From assembly GCA_020851035.1 (NCBI GenBank), contig JADZDM010000002.1, forward strand, positions 3,995 to 67,994: 64,000 bases of DNA, in the 5' to 3' direction. Shown piece after piece: positions 47,353 to 55,534 of the stretch. Below the pieces are notes generated by a model. That model was not told where the DNA came from. It searched no databases and was given only the letters and a program-made list of their open reading frames with translations. The stretch's first letter is position 1. Every line of letters starts with the position of its first letter. The position numbers were made by a program, and so were the translations under genes. The DNA comes from Gemmatimonadaceae bacterium (lineage in GTDB: Bacteria; Gemmatimonadota; Gemmatimonadetes; Gemmatimonadales; Gemmatimonadaceae).

Positions 47353-48074
47353 CAGCGGCTGATGGTGGCCCAGAGACCGAACTTCGCGTCGGCGGCGGTG
47401 CTGGACTGCAGGGCGGACTTCGGCAGCTCGATCGCGATGGCGAGGGTGTTGAACGGCTTCAGGAAGTCCACGCCGGGCGTGCGGAAGGCGGTGGCGGGGG
47501 GACCGCTCTGCACCGACAGCGGGCCGGTGGACGGCCGGCGATCGGGGATGATGCTGAAGAACTGTTCGAGGTCGATCACGAAGGGATCCGCGCGCACACC
47601 GGCGAACGCCTGCAGGCCAGTGGATGCGCCGGCCGTGCCGCCCACGGTGCCGGTGACGACGGGCCCGGTGGTCGCGAGCATCGTCTTCGTGCCGGCCATC
47701 GGCGGGGCGACGGGGCCGCGCACGGTGTAGCGCTGGCTGGCGCCGGTGCCGCGGTCGAAGGTGACCTGGAACACCAGGTCCTCGATGGCGTCGCCGGTGT
47801 TGTCGACCTTCAACTGATAGAGGAGGTTGGGGTCGAATGACGCATCGGTGCCGGCAATCGGGCTCGAGGTGGTGAGCACGAGCGCAATGCGCTCCGGCGT
47901 CGCGCCGGGGAAGGCATAGACATCGTTGATGTCCATGCGTGGATTCAGTTCGACCTCAGGCGTGTCCTGGTGGTCGGAGGCCTGCACGTTGCGGGCGATG
48001 GTCAGCGCGACGGCGCCGGCCGCGAGCACGAGCGCGGCGCGCAGCGGGCGACGGGCGAGGAACCTGTGTGACAT
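47352..48074 (-). CDS. DUF4331 family protein, secreted
   Basis: ORF 47352..48146 trimmed to ATG 48072-48074 (MSHRFLARRPLRAALVLAAGAVAL). ..ASDHQDTPEVELNPRMDINDVYAF.. Confidence 0.75.
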   Translation of the reverse strand: MSHRFLARRPLRAALVLAAGAVALTIARNVQASDHQDTPEVELNPRMDINDVYAFPGATPERIALVLTTSSPIAGTDASFDPNLLYQLKVDNTGDAIEDLVFQVTFDRGTGASQRYTVRGPVAPPMAGTKTMLATTGPVVTGTVGGTAGASTGLQAFAGVRADPFVIDLEQFFSIIPDRRPSTGPLSVQSGPPATAFRTPGVDFLKPFNTLAIAIELPKSALQSSTAADAKFGLWATISR

Positions 48075-48453
48075 GTGTTGCTCCCTGAGCGGGTGATCGA
48101 CGGGTGTGGGCGCGGCCGCAGCGGTGTGGGGCGACCGGATCGGCACGGACGGCCGTCTGGGGCAGCTACGACGCCTGCCGACGATCGGATCTCACGGGTT
48201 CCGACCTGGCCAGCCGCATCCGCCTGCGGCATCCGCCGGGCGCGGCCGTGACGTCGCTCCGACGACACGCGCAAGCTGTCGCGTCGCCGCGACAGGGCCG
48301 GCCGTGCACGGGTGCAACACTCGCACGCAGCGTGTCGCGCCATTCGTTGCAGGATTGTCACGCACGCGCCCGGCGCAGTCCGTACTTTTCGCGACGCGGA
48401 TCACCGGCCGGCGCGCGCCGGCCTGCGCCGTCACCCCTCACCCAGGCACCACC

Positions 48454-50955
48454 ATGCGATTTCCCACCCGCTGCCGGTCGCTGCTGACCGGCGCGCTCGC
48501 CGCCGCGCTGCTGACGGCGTGCGGTGGCACCACCACCGACGCTCCATCCGCCCCGAGCCCGCTGCCGGCGTCACCGAGTGCCGCCGTGGCCAGCGGCAGC
48601 GCGACCACGCTCGTGATCTCGGAGATCATGGCTGATCCGACGACGATCTCGGATGCCAACGGCGAGTGGTTCGAGCTGCACAATCCTGGCGCCACCGCCG
48701 TCAGTCTCACCGGCTTCCAGGTGGTGTCGAACAACGATCCGCTCGTCGTGACGATCACCGGCGACGTGAGCATCCCCGCGGGCGGGTACGTGGTGCTCGC
48801 CAAGAACACGAACAACGCGGTGAACGGCGGGCTGAACGCCGTGTTCGGACTCGGCGCGATGAACCTGGCGAACAACCTGAACGACTGGCTGCTGGTGCGG
48901 GATGCCGGCGGTGCGACGGTGGACAGCGTGGCCTGGGGTGCCGCGCCGCCGGCGGCGGCGTCACGGGCCAAGCGTGCGATGGTGATCGACTGCAGCCCGA
49001 TGAACGATGCGCGGGCGTGGGGAAATGCCACCACGGTCTACGCCTCCGGCAACCGCGGCACACCGAACGCAGCGAACGACGTGTCGGGCTACACCGGCGT
49101 CGATCTCTGCGGCGGTGGCGGCGTGCCGGGCGGTCCGGTGGCCAGTGTCGCGGTCACGCCGAACCCGTCCACCGTCGCCATCGGGGCAACGCGCGCCTTC
49201 ACCGGCACGGCGAAGGATGCCGCCGGCGTGACCGTCACGACGACGTTCACCTGGGCGAGCAGCGATCCCGCGGTCGCCTCCATCGACGCCGCGAGCGGCG
49301 TGGCGACGGGGCTCCGCGCCGGCACGACGACGATCACGGCGACCGCGGCGAACGGCGTGAGCGGGACCAGCGTGCTCACCGTGGCGGCCGCGGGTGAGAT
49401 CGCGACGGTCACGGTCGGCGCGGCCACGATCCCCGTCGGGTTCCAGACGCAGGTGTTCGGCACGGCGCGCGACGGCACGGGCGCGACGGTGCTCACCACG
49501 TTCACCTGGTCGGTCGACCCGGCGGACGCGGCGCGGCTCTCGGTCGATGCGAACGGCGTGATCACCGGCCTCGCGGCCGGCACCGCACGCGTGATCGCGA
49601 CGGCCCCCAACGGCGTCAGCGGCGGGGCCACGGTCACCATCGACGTACCGGTGGTCGCAGACCCGGCGATCTACGGCAACAACACCGAGTTCGGCACGCC
49701 CACCGACGCCAGCGGCGCCGACGACTTCCTCATCCGGCGCGCGCAGTCCACGGTGAGCTACAACCGGAACAACGGCGGCCCGAACTGGGTGTCGTACAAC
49801 CTGGACAACGGCCAGTTCGGTGCCGAGGACCGCTGCAACTGCTTCACCAACGACCCGGCCGTGATCGCCGCCGGCTTCCCGGTGATCAAGACCTCCGACT
49901 ACACCAACGGCGGCTTCGATCGTGGCCACATGATGCGCTCGGCGGACCGCACGGTCACCAACTTCGAGAACGCGACCACGTTCTACCTGTCGAACGTCGT
50001 GCCGCAGCAGGCCGACCTGAACCAGGGCGTGTGGGCGACGCAGGAAATTTTCATCGCCGACCTCGCACGCGTCAGCAACAAGGAGCTCTACATCATCACC
50101 GGCCCCGCCTTCACCGGGCCGGCGCGCTACATCAAGGACGAGGGCAAGATCCGCATCCCCGACTTCACCTGGAAGATCGTGGTCGCGATGGACCGCGGGA
50201 AGGGCGTGGCTGACGTGCGGAACTGGGACGACGTCGCCGCAATGCAGGTGATCGTTGTGAACATGCCGAACATCGCCGGCATCCGGACCGCGAACTGGCG
50301 CGACTACCAGGTGACGGTGGACAGCCTCGAGCGCCTCACGGGGTACGACTTCCTCTCGGCGCTCCCGGACAACTTCGAGGCCGCCATCGAGGCCGGAGAT
50401 CGCCCGCCAGTCGCGAACATCAGCGGGCCGACCAGCGGCGTCGAGGGTGAGGTGCTGGCGTTCAACGGGCTCAGCTCCACCGATCCCGATGCCGGCGACG
50501 TGCTCACCTACCGCTGGACGTTCAGCGACGGCACCACCGCCACCGGTGCCAGCGTATCGAAGGTCTTCGGTGACAACGGCAGCGTGACCGCGCGGCTCAC
50601 GGTGACCGACCGGATGGGATACGAGGCCTCCTCGGTGCAGACAGTGAGCATCTCGAATGCCGCCCCGGTGGCGACCTTCGGATCGACCACCGGCACCACC
50701 GTGGCCGTGAACGCGGGCTGGCTCTCGCAGCTCCGCTTCACCGACGCCGGCCTGCGTGACGGGCCGTGGCGTGTCCGCTACGACTGGGGCGACGGCACGG
50801 CGTTCAACGCGACCCTCACCACGCCGCCTGCCACCACCCCGCTGCAGCGCGGCAAGATGTGGACGAAGGCCGGCACCTACACCGTGCTCGTCACGGTGAC
50901 CGACAAGGATGGCGGCATCGCCACCCGTACCCAGACCGTGACGGTGACCCCATGA
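48454..50955 (+). CDS. Secreted multidomain non-specific DNA/RNA endonuclease lipoprotein (LTD + Big_2 repeats + Endonuclease_NS + PKD repeats)
   Basis: ORF 48106..50955 trimmed to ATG 48454 (MRFPTRCRSLLTGALAAALLTACGG). The lamin-tail-like segment is ..LVISEIMADPTTISDANGEWFELHN.. Three Ig-like repeats follow (..VTPNPSTVAIGATRAFTGTAKD..). The nuclease motif is FDRGHMMRS..NVVPQQADLNQGVW, with DRGH at 49918-49929. PKD-like repeats sit at the C-terminus. Confidence 0.85.
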   Translation: MRFPTRCRSLLTGALAAALLTACGGTTTDAPSAPSPLPASPSAAVASGSATTLVISEIMADPTTISDANGEWFELHNPGATAVSLTGFQVVSNNDPLVVTITGDVSIPAGGYVVLAKNTNNAVNGGLNAVFGLGAMNLANNLNDWLLVRDAGGATVDSVAWGAAPPAAASRAKRAMVIDCSPMNDARAWGNATTVYASGNRGTPNAANDVSGYTGVDLCGGGGVPGGPVASVAVTPNPSTVAIGATRAFTGTAKDAAGVTVTTTFTWASSDPAVASIDAASGVATGLRAGTTTITATAANGVSGTSVLTVAAAGEIATVTVGAATIPVGFQTQVFGTARDGTGATVLTTFTWSVDPADAARLSVDANGVITGLAAGTARVIATAPNGVSGGATVTIDVPVVADPAIYGNNTEFGTPTDASGADDFLIRRAQSTVSYNRNNGGPNWVSYNLDNGQFGAEDRCNCFTNDPAVIAAGFPVIKTSDYTNGGFDRGHMMRSADRTVTNFENATTFYLSNVVPQQADLNQGVWATQEIFIADLARVSNKELYIITGPAFTGPARYIKDEGKIRIPDFTWKIVVAMDRGKGVADVRNWDDVAAMQVIVVNMPNIAGIRTANWRDYQVTVDSLERLTGYDFLSALPDNFEAAIEAGDRPPVANISGPTSGVEGEVLAFNGLSSTDPDAGDVLTYRWTFSDGTTATGASVSKVFGDNGSVTARLTVTDRMGYEASSVQTVSISNAAPVATFGSTTGTTVAVNAGWLSQLRFTDAGLRDGPWRVRYDWGDGTAFNATLTTPPATTPLQRGKMWTKAGTYTVLVTVTDKDGGIATRTQTVTVTP

Positions 50956-51653
50956 TGCAGGCAGCCCCTTCCCTCCTCCGCCGCACGCTCGGTCTCGCGG
51001 CCACCGCATGCACCCTCGCGCTGCCACTCGGCGCGCAGGGCAGCATCGGCGCGGCGCTCACCACCAGCGTCGGGCCACTGACCCGCGACCCAGCGGGCTT
51101 CCAGTCGTTCGGGCAGTCGTTCACGGCGCCGACGTTCGCATCACGACTGACGTCGTTCAGCCTCTCGTTCTCCAGCTTCTTCAACGGCGGCGCCCTCACG
51201 TTCGACGCCTACGTCTACGGCTTCAGCACCGCGACGCAGAGCATCACCGGCCCGGCGCTCTGGAGCCAGCTCGATGTGGCGGGCTCGGCGAACGAATTCG
51301 ACTTCGACACGCGCACCTTCAACACCGGCGACCTGCAGCTCGGCTCGGGCGGGACGTACCTCTTCCTGATCACCACGTCGAACCAGGGCGCGGTGCCGAT
51401 GGACGCGGCGAACCTCGTCGGCGCGAACGACACCGACGACTACAGCGGCGGCGCGTTCTGGATCGCCGGCAATGGCGACGATGCCGGCGCGCTGGCGTCG
51501 CCGGGCGCATTCATGTCGGTGGCCGGGATCACCGACGCGGCGTTTGCCGCCACGCTCGTCACCCCCGAGCCGGCGAGCATCGTGCTCATGGGCACGGGGC
51601 TGCTGGTGCTCGGCGCCGTCAGCCGCCGCCGTTCAAGGGGACGGAGATCTTGA
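50952..51653 (+). CDS. PEP-CTERM sorting-domain protein
   Basis: ATG 50952 overlaps the nuclease stop (ATGA). Signal peptide present. C-terminus ..TPEPASIVLMGTGLLVLGAVSRRRSRGRRS, with TPEP at 51561-51572. Confidence 0.85.
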   Translation: MMQAAPSLLRRTLGLAATACTLALPLGAQGSIGAALTTSVGPLTRDPAGFQSFGQSFTAPTFASRLTSFSLSFSSFFNGGALTFDAYVYGFSTATQSITGPALWSQLDVAGSANEFDFDTRTFNTGDLQLGSGGTYLFLITTSNQGAVPMDAANLVGANDTDDYSGGAFWIAGNGDDAGALASPGAFMSVAGITDAAFAATLVTPEPASIVLMGTGLLVLGAVSRRRSRGRRS

Positions 51654-51686
51654 ACTGAAAATCGGTGACAGTGCACACATTTCCCA
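51603..51686 (+). repeat. 84-bp direct repeat, copy 1 (last 16 codons, the stop and 33 nt downstream of the PEP-CTERM gene)
   Basis: By eye identical to 51835-51918: CTGGTGCTCGGCGCCGTCAGCCGCCGCCGTTCAAGGGGACGGAGATCTTGAACTGAAAATCGGTGACAGTGCACACATTTCCCA. Confidence 0.9.
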
Positions 51687-52040
51687 CGTCATGGAATACG
51701 TGCACTGGAAAATCGGTGACAGTGCACACATTTCCCAGGGAAAATCGGTGACAGTGCACACATTTCCCATGTCGTGGAATTCATGCACTGTCACCGGTTT
51801 TCGTGGAATTCATGCACTGTCACCGGTTTGCCACCTGGTGCTCGGCGCCGTCAGCCGCCGCCGTTCAAGGGGACGGAGATCTTGAACTGAAAATCGGTGA
51901 CAGTGCACACATTTCCCATGTCGTGGAATGCGTGCACTGTCACCGATTTTCGCACCGATTAGCGTGGAATTCGTGCACTGTCACCGATTTGCAGGTGCAC
52001 TGTCACCGAATTGCGCACCGAATTGCGGGTGTCACCGATT
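51657..52040. repeat. Palindromic repeat array B (same core family as array A)
   Basis: Forward cores GGTGACAGTGCAC at 51664-51676, 51715-51727, 51747-51759 and 51896-51908. Reverse cores (G)TGCACTGTCACC at 51784-51795, 51813-51824, 51932-51944, 51973-51985 and 51995-52007, with a degenerate copy at 52029-52036. Lies between convergent genes. Confidence 0.85.
51835..51918 (+). repeat. 84-bp direct repeat, copy 2 (orphan copy of the PEP-CTERM 3' end)
   Basis: Lies 232 bp downstream of copy 1. Similarity continues imperfectly for about 20 more nt. Confidence 0.9.
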
Positions 52041-52045
52041 CGCGG

Positions 52046-52894
52046 TCAGGCGGGCCGCAGCACCTGCCGCTGGGTGCCGAGGCCCTCGACACTCAGTTCG
52101 ACCACGTCGCCGGCCGAGAGAAACCGGGGCGGCTTCGCGGCCATCCCGACCCCCGCCGGTGTGCCGGTGGCGACCAGGTCGCCCGCCTCGAGCGTCATGA
52201 ACTGCGACAGGTAGTGCACCACCACGAACGGATCGAAGATCATCTGCGCCGTGGTGCCGGACTGCCGCCGCTCCCCGTTCACGTCACAGGTCAACGCGAG
52301 GGCTCGCGCGTCGGGAACCTCGTCCGGCGTGGCGAGCCAGGGACCAGTCGGGGCGAAGGTGTCGCACGACTTGCCCTTCGTCCACTGCCCGCCGCGCTCC
52401 ACCTGGAACTCCCGCTCCGACACGTCGTGCACGATGCACCAGCCGGCGATGTGGGCCGGCGCATCGGCGGGTGACGCGAGGTAGCGCACGTCACGCCCGA
52501 TCACGATGCCGAGTTCCACCTCGTAGTCGGTCTTCACCGACAGGCGCGGGATCAGCACGTCGTCGTACGGTCCCACCACGCAATTCGACGCCTTCAGGAA
52601 GATGATCGGCTCCCGCGGCTCCTTCGCGCCGATCTCGCTCGCGTGGTCGCGGTAGTTCAACCCGATGCAGACCACCTTGCCGGGCCGGGGGATGCACGCC
52701 GCCCAGCGCGCGTCGGCTGGCACCTCCGGCAGCGCCGCGCCGGCTGCGATGGCGTCACGCAGCCGGCCGGGCCCGTCCTCGCGAAAGAACTGCGGCGTGA
52801 AGTCGGCGATGAGCGCCGAGCAATCGCGGCGGACGCCGTCGACGAGCACGCCGGGCCGTTCGGCGCCGGGCGCGCCCCATCGGATGAGTCGCAT
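52046..52894 (-). CDS. Fumarylacetoacetate hydrolase (FAH) family protein
   Basis: ORF 52046..53056 trimmed to ATG 52892-52894 (MRLIRWGAPG..). ..KVVCIGLNYRDHA..DYEVELGIVIG..GDLVATGTPAGVG.. Confidence 0.9.
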   Translation of the reverse strand: MRLIRWGAPGAERPGVLVDGVRRDCSALIADFTPQFFREDGPGRLRDAIAAGAALPEVPADARWAACIPRPGKVVCIGLNYRDHASEIGAKEPREPIIFLKASNCVVGPYDDVLIPRLSVKTDYEVELGIVIGRDVRYLASPADAPAHIAGWCIVHDVSEREFQVERGGQWTKGKSCDTFAPTGPWLATPDEVPDARALALTCDVNGERRQSGTTAQMIFDPFVVVHYLSQFMTLEAGDLVATGTPAGVGMAAKPPRFLSAGDVVELSVEGLGTQRQVLRPA

Positions 52895-53058
52895 GATGGG
52901 CGAGTGAGGGGACGGGAGCGAAGTGGTGCGGCGCACAGTATCCGCCCAGCGGGGGCACGTAAAGCGCGGTGGCCGGGACTTGGCGCAGGCCGGTGCGTGG
53001 TGGAAGTTCCTGCTGCTGGTGCACCGTGCCGCCGGCGCGACCCTCCCCGGAGCCATGC

Positions 53059-54315
53059 ATGCCGTCTCGATCCGCCCGCATCACCCTCGTCGTTGCGGCA
53101 CTCGCCAGCGGCGTGGCCACTGTCGCCGCCACCGCCGGCGCCCAGTCGGCTCCCGCGCGCCGCCTCGTCCTGCTCCACGCGAACGTCATCGACGGCACGG
53201 GCACGGCACCCCTGCGCGATGCCACGATCGTGATCTCGGGCGGTCGCATCGCCAGCATCGGGAGTGCGCCCGTCAGTGTCGCGGGCGCCGCCGACACGAT
53301 CGACATCGGCGGGCGCTGGGTCGTGCCCGGGCTCATCGATGCGCACACGCACATCGCGACCACCGCCGGGATGAAGCGCGCGCTCGAATCGGGCGTCACC
53401 ACCGTGCGGAGCGCGAACACCCCGCACTTCGAGGACGTGGGGCTGCGCGCCCTGGTGCGGCAGGGCGCGATCGCCGGGCCGGAGATGCTGGCGGCCGGGG
53501 TGTTCGTCACCCCGGACCTGGGGGAGACCATCCTCGCCGACCCGCGGCTGGCCTCATTCGCCGGCGGCGTGACGACGCCGGCGCAGCTGGCCGCGCTGGT
53601 GAACATCGACATCGACCGCGGCGCCGACTGGATCAAGACACGCGCCACCGAGCGCGCCGGCCTCGCCGACCAGGATCCGCGGAAGCAGGTCTACACCGTC
53701 GCGCAGCTCACCGCCATCGTCGATGCGGCACGTGCGCGCGGCGTCGGTGTCCTGGTCCATGCGCACGGCGACGAGGGGGCACGGGCCGCGGTCCTCGCCG
53801 GCGCACGCACGATCGAGCACGGCACCTACCTGAGCGACTCGACGCTCCGCCTGATGAAGGCGCGCGGCACCTGCTTCACGCCCACCTACACGACCCTCGT
53901 GGACCTGTCGGAGCCCGGTGGCGACTACGACAGCGCGCCACTCGCCCTGCGCGGCACGCACATGATCCCGCGCGCGGCCGAGGCCATCCGGATGGCACAT
54001 GCGATGGGGGTGCCCGTGATCACCGGCGTCGACACCGAGTACGGCCCGCAGAGCACCTCGCGCGTGTCGCTCGAGGTCGCACACTTCGCATCATTGGGCA
54101 TGACGCCGATGGAGGCGATCCGCGCCGCCACCGCCGTTGCCGCCCGGTGCCTGGGCATCGACACGCGCGTCGGGACGCTGCGGGTGGGGATGGAGGCCGA
54201 CCTGGCGGTGTTCGAGCGCAATCCGCTCGACGACATCCGCGCGCTGCAGGATGCGGTGATCGTGATCGCCGACGGCCGTGTCGCGCTGAAGCGGATCCCG
54301 TTCGGCCTGCCGTGA
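53059..54315 (+). CDS. Amidohydrolase family protein, secreted
   Basis: ORF 52969..54315 trimmed to ATG 53059 (signal peptide MPSRSARITLVVAALASGVATVAATAGAQ). ..VVPGLIDAHTHI.., ..VLVHAHGDEG.., ..GVDTEYG.. Confidence 0.85.
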   Translation: MPSRSARITLVVAALASGVATVAATAGAQSAPARRLVLLHANVIDGTGTAPLRDATIVISGGRIASIGSAPVSVAGAADTIDIGGRWVVPGLIDAHTHIATTAGMKRALESGVTTVRSANTPHFEDVGLRALVRQGAIAGPEMLAAGVFVTPDLGETILADPRLASFAGGVTTPAQLAALVNIDIDRGADWIKTRATERAGLADQDPRKQVYTVAQLTAIVDAARARGVGVLVHAHGDEGARAAVLAGARTIEHGTYLSDSTLRLMKARGTCFTPTYTTLVDLSEPGGDYDSAPLALRGTHMIPRAAEAIRMAHAMGVPVITGVDTEYGPQSTSRVSLEVAHFASLGMTPMEAIRAATAVAARCLGIDTRVGTLRVGMEADLAVFERNPLDDIRALQDAVIVIADGRVALKRIPFGLP

Positions 54316-54319
54316 CCCG

Positions 54320-54769
54320 TCACTTCACCGGGTGCGCCTTCTCCATGAGCCGGATCAGCTCCGGAACCGGCGTCGCCGCCACGATCTGCCCGACCACGTC
54401 GAGCGGGATGTCCTCGAGGCGCTTGAAGCGCAGGCAGCTCTTCCCCATGTCGAGGCGCTTGCCCCGCGCGGCATACCAGTCCTGCAGCTGGCCGAGCAGT
54501 GCCGGGTTGCCGTAGACGTTCATGAGGTAGATCGCGTAGTTGTTCTTCTGCGCGGCCAGCGCCACGTATGTCAGCGGCTGCTTGTTGTACGTCACCGGAT
54601 AGGTGCTGAGCGGCACTTCATAGGACAGCATCCCCCAGTTCATGGTCTCCACGTATCCCTTCGGCAGGTGCTTCCGGATCATCGCACGGACCTTGGCGAT
54701 GACCTTGGCGCGCTCGGGCGGCAGGCTCGCGAGGTATGCAGCCGGCGTCGTTTCCTTGCTCGAGACCAT
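54320..54769 (-). CDS. DUF1801 domain protein
   Basis: ORF 54320..55432 trimmed to ATG 54767-54769. MVSSKETTPAAYLASLPPERAKVIAKVRAMIRKHLPKGYVETMNWGMLSYEV.. Confidence 0.8.
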   Translation of the reverse strand: MVSSKETTPAAYLASLPPERAKVIAKVRAMIRKHLPKGYVETMNWGMLSYEVPLSTYPVTYNKQPLTYVALAAQKNNYAIYLMNVYGNPALLGQLQDWYAARGKRLDMGKSCLRFKRLEDIPLDVVGQIVAATPVPELIRLMEKAHPVK

Positions 54770-54826
54770 TGACACTCCTGTCACGGGGGCTTGGGAGACC
54801 GCTCGGCCCCTACGATCAGTCGCGGC

Positions 54827-55534
54827 ATGTCGCTGATCAAGTACCTGTCGCGCCTGGGCTACGGCTCCCGTCGCGAGGTGACATCGCTGGTGGCGGCGCG
54901 TCGGGCGACCGACCTGACCGGGGCCGTGCTCCGCGACGACAGTGCGTGGAGCCATGCCGGCGTGCTGGTGGATGGCGTGCCACTCGACCCGCCACCGGGG
55001 TCGCTGGTCCTGCTGCACAAGCCGGTGGGGTACACCTGCTCGTCCAGTGACCTGCCGCCGCTGGTGTACGACCTCCTGCCACCCCGATTCCGGGAGCGCA
55101 CTCCCGTGCTCGCGCCCGTCGGCCGACTCGACCGTGAGACGAGCGGGCTGCTGCTGCTGACGGACGATGGTGCGCTGAACCATCGCCTGGCGTCGCCGAA
55201 GCGGCACGTGCCGCGCACCTACCGCGCCGCGCTGGCGGAGGACGTGGGCGAGGATGTGCCGGCGCGGTTCGCGAGCGGAACGCTGCGGCTCAAGGGTGAG
55301 GAGCAGCCGTTGCGTCCGGCGGTGCTGACGCGGCTCGGGCCGCGCGAGGTGGAGGTCACGCTGACGGAGGGACGGTATCACCAGGTTCGCCGCATGTTCG
55401 CGGCCACGGGCAACCACGTCATCACGCTGCACCGCACCGCGATCGGTGGGCTGCGGCTCGGGGCGTTGCCGGTCGGCCAGTGGCGGCTCGTCACCACCGA
55501 CGAGCGCGCGTTGCTCACGGGCACACCCGCCTGA
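54827..55534 (+). CDS. rsuA: Pseudouridine synthase, RsuA family (S4 domain + catalytic GRLD)
   Basis: ORF 54791..55534 trimmed to ATG 54827 (MSLIKYLSRLGYGSRREV..). ..APVGRLDRETSGLLLLTDDG.., ..EGRYHQVRRMF.. Confidence 0.8.
   Translation: MSLIKYLSRLGYGSRREVTSLVAARRATDLTGAVLRDDSAWSHAGVLVDGVPLDPPPGSLVLLHKPVGYTCSSSDLPPLVYDLLPPRFRERTPVLAPVGRLDRETSGLLLLTDDGALNHRLASPKRHVPRTYRAALAEDVGEDVPARFASGTLRLKGEEQPLRPAVLTRLGPREVEVTLTEGRYHQVRRMFAATGNHVITLHRTAIGGLRLGALPVGQWRLVTTDERALLTGTPA

Noticed and set aside
51603-51918. Diversity-generating retroelement (template/variable repeat pair) at the 3' end of the PEP-CTERM gene.
   Set aside because: The two 84-bp copies are identical, with no adenine-specific differences. 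They include the stop codon and non-coding sequence, and no reverse transcriptase or accessory gene is nearby.
44190-52040. CRISPR array as an explanation for the two repeat clusters.
   Set aside because: The repeats have a 23-24 bp period with almost no unique spacer sequence. They switch orientation within each array, and the copies are degenerate. No cas genes are in the window.
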